A stretch of 51,900 nucleotides of DNA from Craspedostauros australis (Eukaryota): positions 1 through 51,900 of the forward strand of contig JALAGF010000317.1 of the NCBI GenBank assembly GCA_030167865.1, given 5' to 3'. The notes below the pieces were generated by a model, which saw only the letters and a list, made by a program, of their open reading frames with translations, did no database searches and was not told the DNA's origin. A program made the position numbers and the translations under genes. Within the stretch, counting starts at the first letter, position 1. Every line of letters starts with the position of its first letter. Positions 10,916 through 23,192 of this stretch are shown here, one piece after another.

Positions 10916-13900
10916 ATGATGCAATCAACGAGTGCCCCAACGTCGCCGACTTCGGCATCGCCATCATCCCCCACAGCAGCAGCAACAGCAGCAACAGCAG
11001 CAACAACAGCAACAACAACACCGTCGTTCCTCCAAAGATGGACGCAGGAAGCCAGCAACGTATTGTCGGACATGTACGGGAACCTTGTGCTGGGAGATGA
11101 TGTGGGTGGCGATTCGCAACGGCTTGTGGTGGTGCTGCAACCGCGTCCAATGAAGAATGCGGCGGGCCTCAGATCCTCATCTTCCTCCCTGCGTCGGTTC
11201 CGACCATCTGCCTTTCCGAATCCGCTGCATCCGCAGAACAACGGAACCAACAATAACAGCAGCAATGGTCAGACGAACGGTCTCAAATCGGCACCAACTT
11301 CCAAGCACCTCTCGCCTCATCAGCAGCAGCAACAGTTGGCGCTCATGATGATGATGATGCATTCCTCCAACCTGCTGCACCTGGAGGAGACCATGGGAAT
11401 GTCGCTGGTTGAGATCAATGGAAAGTCCTACGTGCATTCGGTCGTCCCGGGCGGTCAGGCTCATCAGGCTGGAGTGCAGGTTCAGGATTGCATACAGTAC
11501 GCTGCGGCGGTGGAGCCCTCGTCGGCCACGCACAATGGCCATGGCGGCAATGGATTCGGTTCCGAAGGTCCGCCAGTGCTCACAGAGTCCATGACGCAGC
11601 ACATACATCAGCAGGCCATTGAAGAAGAGAAGAGAGGCACCAGAATACCTCACGACCAGCTCGTTCGTTTGATTCAGGGCAACTTGTACGAAGCCACGCA
11701 ATTCACTTCGCAGCAGGCATCGCAGGGGCAATCTGCGCCACCGAATACCAACAGCATCCCGCTCACTATCGATGTCGTGGGAAGGAGGGGGGCCTCGCAG
11801 GGCCGCGCCGGCTCTCACAAGCCGAGTTCGGCTGCGACAGGTGCCTTGCCGTCGCCCAATCCGATGGTCTTCGTCTTGCTGCGCACGCGCCAGAGAACGT
11901 GGGGCGAGACATTGTCAGCGGCATCCTCGCCAAAACCTTTCTCTGCCACTGGCCAAAGCAACAACGACTCCAGATCTCAAACACTCGCACACCAGCAATC
12001 ACAGCAGAAACCATCGCCGATTGGAACGTCTTTATCGCAAGCATCCTTCGGGGCCACGCTATCTCCTCTGCATTGGAGGATGGATGATGAATGCGATTTC
12101 GCCACCACCTTGATCCGCAGCCTCATTCCCAACAATAACGATTCCAAAGATCACCTGCAAAATTGGAGCAATACCAATGCCGGCACGGCTAATCATGGCG
12201 CGTTGGGCAATGGAGCTTCCTCCAACGCACCCTCCGATCTGGCAACCATCCGCATGCACATCAGCCAAGCCGTTGGTATCGCCGTCGTTCACGCATCCAA
12301 GTTTGGCGTCGGACTTTCGGTGCACGGAGGTAGTGGAGTCGTCCTGGCGAGGTTGTCAGATGGAACTTGGAGCGCACCATCAGCGATCGGAGTTTGGGGT
12401 CTCGGCATCGGCGTATCCGTGGGTCTCGAAATGGCGCAGTACTTGTTGGTACTACCAACGCAGGAATCGTTGTCCCATTTCATCCATGGCGGTAGCTTCG
12501 CCATCGGCGGTACCGTGGGTGCGTCACTTGGCGGCCACGGCAAGGAATCCTATGGCGCCGCATCGCTCAGCGGTGCAGGCGCACCGGCGTTGTGCGGAAC
12601 CTACGATATGACGGCACCCTCGACGGTGCCCACGCCGACGTCTGCAATCCTATCCCCGGCTTCGGTCGGGGGCACGGTCACGGGCAACCACGCTGGCAAC
12701 GCCAGCAGCGCGGGTCCCTACAAGAGCTCCAACAGCCTCAGCAAGTTCGGGGGCGGCACGAAAGCTAGCGGAGGTGCGGCAGGCGGAGGTACCGTTCTGT
12801 CGGGAAGCTCGGCGTACAACCCAACCGCGGAAGATGAATACTATCATGATCCAGATGGTATGATTGGCAGCGATTCAGGCAATGAGACGAATGTGGATCC
12901 GAATCATTCCGCGGACCTGGAGCTCAACGATATTGGCATTGGACCCAACCTCTGCAATTCTGCCGGAGCTGCCGCTGCTGCAGAGTCGCGACCAGGAGCC
13001 TCATCGAGCGTCGCGGGCATTTGCCCCCTCCTGGCCTACACCACACAGTCGCAGGGATTCTTCGTCGGTGCCAGCCTGGAAGGTTCCCGCATCGTGTGCA
13101 GGACGGACATGAACCAACGCGCCTACAAGTTTGCAACTTTGGGACAGTCGGTCACGGCTCATGACATCCTCACGGGCAAGGTCGCCACGCCTTCCGAAGC
13201 AGAACCTTTGTACGCTGCGTTGCATGCGCTGGAATTGGCGCACGAAGTCTCCACCATGAAACCGCCACCTGCAATGCTGCTGCGGAATGTCAGCAAAGAC
13301 TGGACGGCCAACGCAGTAACCATCTGCGGCACCAAAACAGACGTTGCGCCTGCGCCTGCTACTGACACACCCACAGCAACCACGGCAACAGCATCAGTAG
13401 CAACAGCAACAATGGCATCGAAGAAGGCGAATGATTCACCAACTGGTACGTCGGCATCCGCACCTGCAGCCGTTGGCACATTCTGGGAGACGCTCACGGA
13501 CGAAGAGATCAAGCAATGCACCAGCTTTGAACGGCAGGCGAAGAAATTTCTGTACGGTGGCGTATCTGTCCAGCGCATCATCCTACCATCGACGCCAACC
13601 ACATCGTTCACTGGACCAGCTGCGACGACGGTTCGCAGAGAACGCCGAACGCTCTGGTTGATGTTGCCGGAGGTAGGATCGCTGCGACTTGGCTTTGTCT
13701 CGAAGGCATCCGACGATACGCTCGTAGCAGCGGCCGCCGCCGCCGAACTCATTGACACCAAGAAATCGACATCGTCCGTATCATCAGCTGTCAATTCCTT
13801 CCTCAAGAATCCATTGAGTCGATGGCAGCAGTACCAGCTCGATCAGGATGCTGCCACAGTGGATGATGAAGTCACTTTGGATTCAGCGCTGTTGGAGAAG

Positions 13901-16283
13901 GTGAGTGGAAATGGATTGCTGACTGGCGGGTTGCTTGTACGAAGCATTCCAGCTATGCCTGTGCAACACGTGCGTGCGCGCTCTCGCGTTGATGCACATG
14001 AACCTACCGGTACTTTTGCATGCGAATCTCTGCGAAACGAAATGCCATTGCTAACATTGCTCGCAACACCCACAATACTACACCATTCACAATACATGTG
14101 ATGATTTCTGCGACGAACATGACGGAACGCCAATCATGTTGATGCACCGAAATACTCATAATGGCTCACGGTTGGGGGTCTATGTTACCCTACTCTGTGC
14201 GACGCTGCCATGTTAATGCAAACAGAGCGATCCAACATTCGTGGGACAAGTCCGGACCGGCAACGTTGAGCTTTCGAAGAATCGTTCGGTGGCCTTGACC
14301 GACATCACGCTCCTCACGCAATTCCCATCCAGAGCGCAAAACCTCCCGCCTGGCATCGCCAAGGAGATTAAGGCTTGGGATGAGTCCAAGCGCATGGTCG
14401 TGGTGCAAGACTGCATGGGCACGACGTTGCTCTTTCTGGCCAATTCCACCCGTGAGGCCGACCTCGTGGTGTGCGGCATGAGGTTGTTGTTGGAACGCGA
14501 AACTGCACGAATTGGAGTAAGGGGCGGCAAGTCCCTCGGCAGGATCAAGGGCAGCGCAGGAATTTCGCACGCAATGTCGCCCTCGGCGGCGCGTGGAGGA
14601 TCGAGAAGATCAGGTGATAAGCGCGCGACGTCCTCCGGCAACGCCGTGGGTTTGCCGAGACCGGGCACGGGTCGGCGGAACAGTGGGACAAGCAGCCGCT
14701 CATCCTCTTCGTCTGTGGAAGACGAAGACCAGGAGGAGATTTTGATCGGCGAGGTGACCATTCCATCCAATTCCTCTGTGCCCGAAGGCTGGGGGAGCTG
14801 GGGACGCGTTCCTGGCAGGAAGTACATGAGAGGCCAGGCGGCATCCACCGAGATCGTCCTGGGCGGTGCGTCGTCATCACGCGCCGCATTGGAGAAGGGC
14901 GTGCCTCGGTATATCCACGGCCAGCTGCTCGTTCGCGACGTGGTGAAGAACATCCACTTGCCGCTGCCACTGCCACTCTGCCGAGTGCTGTTGCTGGACT
15001 CTACCTCACCTGTCATTTCCACGTGGGAGGAGGAGCGCGGGGATGTCAATTTCGAAACAACGCCATGGACATTCCCACCGGCCACACCACGCGAGATGGA
15101 GCATCATCCGTCCGAACACCAGCTGATCGCATCGGGGAGCATGTGCGGGGCGCACCGCACCGTGTCGTTCGAGCGATTGCGCAATGGGAACTTGATCCGG
15201 TTGGCAGAGATGTGGAAGATCGATTCCGATGACTCCCAGAAGATGGCCTTCACCGTGACGGAGCGGTTGCCAAGGCGCGGATTCTCCATCAAGGTGAAGG
15301 TCGTGATCCGTTCCTTCACGTCCCATTCGTGCGAGGCGACGGTGCTCGGCGAGCTGCGACCTGTTGGCAAGAACATGGCCAACCAAGCCGCGGTGCACAA
15401 GGCATTCCTCATGGTCCTGGACGAATTGAAGGTGCGGTACGGCCTCGAGGGACCAGGGCTGCTGGGCGGGTTCTTGAAGGTTGTCAACAGCATGCCGGAT
15501 GACAGCAAACACCTGACAAAGACAGCCGCGTCGCCGAATGGTAGATCCATTCCGAAGCTGTTCCAACGCACGGCTCCGCCTTTGCACGAGGAGAAGAAGG
15601 ATGGCGATGGCGATGGGAGGATGTCATCGAGATCGGGCAACGCGTCGGACGCAGCAGCTGCAGCATCGACATCGGCGGCGGCATCAGCAGCAGCCGCAGG
15701 CGAGGTCGATGCTGGCGTTGACAGTGACGAGAACGACAAGGGAGTGGTCTCATTTGAAGAGATGCTAAAGACCAACAAGATACCAGATGCGGCTCCCGAC
15801 AAGGTGAAGGGACCGATCGACCGGCCTCGTCCGTCTGGCCAAAAAGGGAGCAGATTGAAGCACCCGGAACCCAACCCGGCCAAAAGAATCCAGGCCAAGC
15901 GCCAACACATCAAGTCGGATACGTTCGAGGTGCCACAAGACGGTAGCAAAGACGGAGGCGGGAGAGGTTCCGGGAAGGGCAACGGAAAGGACGAGGCGAA
16001 CTCTGGTTCGGCTGAGCCCGTCATGATCGAAGTGAAACCGCTGCCGAAGATCCGGCTCAGCTTGATGCCGGCCCCGAGAGAAGAGGACGAGGACATGGTG
16101 GAGGAGGGTAGTGGCGAAGCTGCCACCTCGCCGAAGAAGTCGAAACGCAAGGCGAAAACGAAAAAGAAGAGCAAGAAGGGAAGCTCCTCAACGTCTTCGT
16201 CCAAGAAAGGATCTTCTTCAACATCCTCATCGAAGAAAACGGGAAGCGGATGGAAGAAAGGTTCGAAGCTGCGGAGCATCTAG
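10916..16283 (+). CDS. Multidomain protein: PDZ-like + SYLF/Ysc84 + PH-like + VASt (StARkin) + Lys/Ser-rich tail, 2 exons, 1680 aa
   Basis: Exons 10916-13900 and 14226-16283 with a phase-0 GTGAGT...AACAG intron. SYLF motifs: GGSGVVLARLSDGTWSAPSAI, G.SVGLE, SQGFFVGASLEG, DILTGKV..P..AEPLYAAL. PDZ-like: MGMSL...VHSVVPGGQAHQAGVQVQDCI. VASt-like: ERGDVNFETTPW...RTVSF. Confidence 0.85.
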
Positions 16284-16458
16284 TCAACGAGCTTGCTGAA
16301 TGGACAGAGAGAGAGAGAGAGAAGGACACGATGTAATGCATGAAAGTATGATCTGATAGAACAAAGTACAATGCCTCCATAGCTTGTGTCGGTGTGTAGG
16401 CACGTTTTGGGATGAATATCCTCACGTGGCACGGGTACGTGTAGAAGTTGGGTCTATG

Positions 16459-16498
16459 GTAGAGAGAGAGAGAGAGAGAGAGAGAAGCCTCTCTCTCA
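16459..16498. repeat. (GA)n microsatellite followed closely by a (CT)n tract
   Basis: Direct reading: agagagag...gagaagcctctctctc, downstream of the SYLF gene. Similar (GA)/(CT) tracts occur near 16306, 19384 and 24301. Confidence 0.85.
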
Positions 16499-19400
16499 CT
16501 CTCCCCCTATACAACTACTCCAGAGCGCACGAGCTAAGAAGAGATTGACGTGGATGCGAGTGCATACGAGCTAGACCTTGGGAACAGGGCTCACCCACGA
16601 ACTGAGCCGTTGCACTGGAGCAACTCCGCTGTGCTGGCGGACGCCACCTTCTTGTCATCCATCTATCTCTCACCCCAGCGCTCTGTGGAGGTGTGGTACG
16701 CGTACGACTACGACTACATCCTTCATCGTGTCTTTTCTGTTGCTCCTCTCAATGTACGTCTACACATGTGTGTTCATGGCCACAAATATGTACCATACAC
16801 GTACGTGCAGGTCGTAGAGATCTCTACTGTCCCGAGCCAGTCAGGTTCATACCGATCCGCGCTGTGTCCACATCCATGGTCCTCTTTCATTTGCTCTTCC
16901 TCCGCAATTGCATGTCCATGTCCTTGTCCACGTGGCGTCGACTATTGCGCGATGCCGTAGGTCCTGCCCAATGCTAGTTTGTTGGTTGGTCGTGGGATCG
17001 CTCCTCCTCACCAAAGCGGCACTATTTGTCCAAATCAAACAGAGATACGATAGACATCAATGGGAGAGCAACCCAGGACCACTCCATACATACATTCGCC
17101 ATCACGAGAGAAGCATGAAAGCAAGGACGCACAAGAAGCGATGGAAGTCATCATGGAACATGTGAGACAGACACCAAGAACGAAATCAGCAACAACAACA
17201 ACAACAACTTCGAAGAAATCGCCGTATTGGTACAACCAACTCTATGCCAAGAGCGCACTTCCGACATGTGCGGACCCGCGACACGTTGAGCAGAGAGATC
17301 ATATGCCTGTTGTTGGGTTGCAAGTCCATGCTGACTCCCGAACAGACATATGTCTGCCACAAAGGTACCGGAGTGGAGCAAAAGAAACGACGATCACCAA
17401 GGGGGCTCCACGACCGCTTTTGCAAGGGATGATTAGATCACGATCAATGCGGTGGCAACGATCACGATCATGCGTCTTTGTGGGAGGTACTGTTTGTGGC
17501 GGTTGAGTCAGGTTGCTTTCTGATCTGTGAACGTGCGAATTCTTCGGCGAAGTCCTCACGACCACAGTGATGCCATAAACATGCCTGAACACTTTGGTCG
17601 GCTTTTGTGGGATTCGCCCTTTCCACACACCATCAATCTGTTTTCCCACGGCCACACACGTAATCGTAGCTCGTTCATTCGGATCCTCCACTCAGGCTTC
17701 GGCAAGAGCAGCCACTCATGTTTAACCATGGTGGTGATTGGATCGGTCGGTACCAATGGCTTTTGCGCATGATAGAGGGACGCGACACACTGGGACAAAC
17801 ACAATCTCGTTTTGGCGCGTCAGAGCTATCTGACCAATGACCATGTTCCAAACACAGCGCGACAAGGTGACATGCAGAATGAATCATCCACACTGACTGC
17901 GAACATTGCACGAGTATAGAGTAGAACATAGTGTCGTAGAGTAGAGTAGTATACGATCAGCGCTCTAGCACGAATATGTCTGACTTTTGGGCGACTGAGC
18001 ACTCGTATAATAGGTCGTATCGCATCTGTCAGATTCATGACAAGGATGACCACTTGTTGACTCTCCAGTTGCTCGATTGACTCCATGACATGGACGAGCT
18101 GGTGGGGTTACCTGCACATATGATATCATACTCGCAGTTCTGCTTGTGGAGTAACAGTGGGTTAGGCCTCGGATTGTGATTGTTTCGTCGATACTCGTAT
18201 CAACGAGTATGCACGGGTATCCGTTCGTATCCGTGTGCCTCTGTGGCTCGCATGTCTCCGCAAACACTCCGATGATCCTGACGGGTAGATCAAAGATTGC
18301 GAATTTGTGGCCTTGGTTGCCTTCGATGTGCAAGGCATCATCTGTGATTATCGAATGGGCCTGCACGTACAGGCGAAATGGTAGCGCGAGGCCCCTGTTC
18401 TTTTGGTGATTCAGTGAAGAGGCAAACTCATCCACCGGCGGAATGCGACAGAACAGGGAGATTTGTCTCGTCTGTTGTCCCGCCAACAAAGACGGAGGAC
18501 GATCTGCTCCGCAACATTTCAGAGCGCCACGCTCCCATCTCGTGGCGGAGCGCGTGCACTTGTGGAAGAAGATGGTCTACTATTCTACCACTACTAGTAG
18601 TACGCCCTCAGCTCTCTATTGTTCCCTATTGCACCCTGGCTGCCTGGGCGGTTCCTGGTGCCGTCGCTTGCCGTTGGTTGTTGCCACCGAGACCAGTACG
18701 ACCTACCTATTCCAAACGCACCTGAAAAGCCCCAGATACAAATCGAGGGATCCATCGCATGTCGACAGTTGATCCTGATGGCACCAAAGGCTGTCCGATT
18801 GGCGAACACGGACTCCTTGTGGTGGTGGCAAGGATGATTCGACACCATCCGATGCTCGCGGCATCAGCGACACTTGCGCCTCTAAAACGTAGAAAACGAA
18901 AAAGGAGAACGAGCGACAACAACGCGAAGGTTGGCAAAAGGAACTGCAAAACCGCCTCTACCATCGCCTCCGCAGTGGACAACACAAACAAGGAACAGAA
19001 TGGCCAGCAGAGATGGCGGCACGAGGGTGGCGGGGCAGGTACCGTCCGATCGACGCAAGTGCCTCTAAACGAACGTTGTGATCGTCCCACGGAGAATCCC
19101 TCCAATTGTAGGGAGCCTCGTGGAGAGGCTATCGTGGAGATGCGGCTTCTTCCTCAATCCATCTCATGAACTGATTCCGCTCAAGCGTCTTTTGGAGATG
19201 TTCGACTGTCTCGGGGATGCAAATAGCACGGGGCGGTTTGGTAGTGGCAGAGTGCGTCCGTTTCATTCTGGAACAAAGTAACGCGGACACCCCAGAATGA
19301 CAAGAGTAAATTGGATGAACTTCTTCAACCTTTGATTCATCCTCCTCGATGATTGTACGGATTCGACCTTCCTCTTGACTCCTCTCTCTCTCTCTCTCTC

Positions 19401-20965
19401 TTGGTGCGGACCCTGGTTGGAGTTCAGTCGGGTGAGAGCATGATACTCGCACCATAGTCGTACGGAACGAGAGTACTCCGTGCGAGTGAAGAACAGAGCA
19501 GCTCGTCCGAACAGCTCATGGTAGGACGTTGCAGAGTTCCACAATCACAAGGGAGGCCCGCCGACACAATCACAGCCCGTGGACGACGTCATCCGGTTTG
19601 CGCCTTCCCGCACCAGGCTTCCCCAAAAGACAACAAAGGACAAATCTCGAGTGGCGGTGGTGATTATCGCAGAACGCCTTTGTCATGCGGTATTCGAGGA
19701 GAAGGGAAACGGAATTGACACAAACAATGTTCCAAACGCCCTCCTTTGGTATTCCGTGATTGTGTCGCCATGGTCGCTCTAGATTTCCTCGTGTCCCCAG
19801 GGACCTTCGTTGATATTTTATATTAGCGCTCCCGATTGTTGCTTGTTGGGCGGGATAAAGGCCTTCGATTCCCGATCGCTGAGGCTGTTTGGCCCCTCAC
19901 AAGTTAATTGTTTCTCGTGTTGTGACAGGGACAATTTATTCCGACATCGTTTGGGACAGCTTCCGCCTCATGCGATCACCATCTAGCTGCTGCGGATGCT
20001 GGGGCACTTCTCAGGTCAGTTGCCACAATTAACCACAACGGGAAACCATGTTCCTTTGCCCTTGCTTTGTGACATCCTCGCCCGTGGAGCCGAAAACAAA
20101 AACAAGACCACAATGACCACGAACCGTCGATGACCGAGAGTCTTGGCTAGTCGGATTTGTAGAGACGAACGTCAATGGCGCGCGCAGGTTAACAACTGAC
20201 CATGATTCTGTTATCACTGTCACCTTCATAATCGTCATTGATTTCAAGAGCAGGTGAGAGCGTGGGACACAGCAGAGGATGTCCACTGCCGTTCACGACC
20301 TCCGTGGACGCTGACCCAGTCCATTCTCCAGAAAGTGGCGTTTTTGTGTGGAGGCGCAAAGGTACATACGAGTGAAGATCACGTATGTAGTTGCTTAGCA
20401 CGGCAATAGCCGACTTTCGGAAATGTTCCTATCAAGGAAACAGCCCTCTCATAAATAGTTCAACCGTAACACCAACATCACCTGCATTACCGACGCTCCT
20501 CTTCTTCTCTTCACACCCCTCTCATACCCTTTACAATCATCACATTCAACACACTCATCACCACAACTACGCGCAAACACCGAAGCTAACAGGTCGCAAC
20601 AACTCCTACACAAAGACGCGAACACCCGTATCCGTATCTCCGGTAGTGTTTGTCCCAACGCTACACACCCCCACTGACTCTTGCAAAAGGCACCGCCAAA
20701 TAATACGCCGTTGGGCCCTCCACGAGGACACAAACTCATAAACAGAGCAATCCAGATCTCGCACATAGAATAGTAACAACAACGCCAAAACAAAGCAAAG
20801 CAACCACCAAAGCCCCTCCTCCAAAGGACAAGTCAAACCAACCCCCACTCAGTCACCCAGACACTCAGTCACCCAGTCACACAGACACTCAAGCATCACG
20901 GCCAGTCGAGCAACCAAGCAAACAAGTAAAGCCGTACCTACCATACACGATCCAACACACACAAC

Positions 20966-23134
20966 ATGGTGAGCAACAGCCTGAGCAACGAGGCATTCCT
21001 CAAGCGTCTGCACCCAGACGAGCAGAAGGTCCACTCGACGTTCGCCAACACCAACAAGCCCGTCCTCTGGTTGCCAGACGGCTTCGAGCCTGGTCCGTAC
21101 GATGTCGTCATCAGCCATGGCAAGGAGAGCCAGCACATCGGCAACAAGAGATTCCGAGTCTGCGTGGAGAGCAACATCGAGAGCTACATGAAGGCGCAGA
21201 GCCGACAGGAGAAGTCAGCCGTCATCTCCCTCATCATTGAGGCTGTCAGGCAGAAGGCGAGCACCTCTAATGGAGGATTCGTTTGCAAGGTACGTCCCGC
21301 TCCTGCCCCAATGTTTGCCTGGCATTCATACCAGTATGTGCGTGATCGCATGCCGAGATTTCATGTCCTGTGCGGCAAAGTTCCGTAGCCGTTGTACCTC
21401 AGGTCGGCTTCGTTTCGGTCCCAGCTCCGATCCAAGTACACTGCTGATGCCCATGCTCTCTCAATCATCACGTCGTACGGACCCTCACATCACACCATCC
21501 CCCTTACACTCCATGTACCGACTCTGAATGTTTTTTGCTCCACATCCTTCCGCTTCCTAAAATCCCAACGCATCACCTTCACCATGCAATCGTGACCGCT
21601 TGCGATACTTCACCACAATGTTTGGCAAACATCCATACAGGATCGTCTGAGCCAGAGATGGTTTCATGTTCGTTGCAAGGTGGCTCGCGACAAAGTCGGC
21701 AACGCCCTCAGAGATGCCATCAAGCAGAGGTACCCGCTGTTCTCCAAGAAACGTCGCCTGGACGGCACCATGCCAACCGGGAGCAGCAGCAGCTTGGAGA
21801 GTCACACAAGCAGAAGCAGCAACATCGGCAGCGGCAGCGGACACTCCTTCAACCATCGCAGCGGCATCAACCAGTCCATGCTCAACGTCACGCAGAACAA
21901 CATGGCCGCATCTCTGGACGTCCTAGGGAGCCTGGGACAGCAGGCAAGCGGCAAGCGTTCCAGGATGGCCACCTTGCCGCCTTTTGCTGTTGAAACCAAA
22001 GTCGTCAACAAATCGGGCTTGCTTTCCTCCACCGGTGTGTCCGGCAATGATGGAATCGGCGCCAACGTCAACATGGATGCCAACGCCATCATCAACGCAA
22101 ATCTCATGACTGGCAACGTCGGCAGCAACAACAACGGCGGCAGCGCCAACGGGATGCTTGGCAGACCGCCATTCACATCGTCCATGGCGCAACAGCAGCA
22201 GCGAGGCGAACCAACCAACTCCACAACCTCCTTTGCTGATATCATGGCATTCGGAAACAGCTCGCTTGGAGAACTTGACAACCCTTTGCAGTACGGCAAA
22301 TCGGCAGATTCCAAACTGATGGGAGGTGACGTCATTGCGACTGACCTGCAGAGCATGTTCGAAGCTGGCCCACCGTCGAATCTGCTGATGCAGCAGCAGC
22401 AACAACAATCCTTGTTCCCGCTATCTGCCAACACGGATCCCAAGCCTTTCCAGTCCAAGGCGGGTTTGTCATCAGCAGCAGCCATGGGAGCAACAGACCC
22501 GTTCTCGCCATTCGACATGTCCTCGTTGGAGGCGACCTCACAGAACTTCGGGGTGAACGGGAACAACGCATCATCGTTGCTTCCAACCAACCCAATGTCG
22601 CTCTCTTTGAATCAAGGAAAGGCACAGCAGCAACACCCACAAGGTGGACTCGAGCTGTTTCAGATGCAGCAGCAACAGCAGCAGCGAATCAACTCTGCAA
22701 CGGCACGATTGGTGGAGCTGGAACAGCAGCTAGAGAGGCAAAGCTCCTTGATGAAGATGAACTCGCAAATGAGTTCGCAACTGGAGCAATTCAGCGCCGC
22801 TCCTTCGATGCAGATCGGATCAGCGACTCTTCCGTCCATGGTGTCGTCCAACCAGGCGCTGCCGCCGTTTTCATCCGCTCTCTTTGACGCGAATGCTTCG
22901 TCCATGGCAACTTCTGCGGCTGCCACGTCGGGAATCAACAGCAGCAACAGCATTGCCACGGACTTGCTTCTTGGAAACATGACGAATGGAGTGGCCCCAG
23001 GACCAGTTTCCAGTTCCAACCTCGGCAGCTTCAGCTTTGCTGCCAATCTTGGCATCGGCGGCGCCGGCAGCAACAACGGTGGTGGCAGGCGCAACGGCAA
23101 TATCAATGACAATAGCAACGGCTCGATCTCATGA
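20966..23134 (+). CDS. DUF6824-domain protein with a long Q/S/N-rich C-terminus (putative transcriptional regulator), 2 exons, 605 aa
   Basis: Exons 20966-21289 and 21641-23134. The domain PGPYDVVISHGK...HIGNKRFR...KSAVISLII...GGFVCK|D....WF....VARDKVGNALRD is continuous across the GT-AG intron. Confidence 0.9.
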
Positions 23135-23141
23135 ACCCAGC

Positions 23142-23192
23142 AAACGAATACTAAACGAATCCCAAACGAATACTAAACGAGTACCAGACGAG
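23142..23192 (+). repeat. Degenerate 11-bp tandem repeat (AAACGAATACT-like, about 4-5 copies) in the 3' UTR
   Basis: aaacgaatact aaacgaatccc aaacgaatact aaacgagtacc agacgag, read directly. Confidence 0.75.
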
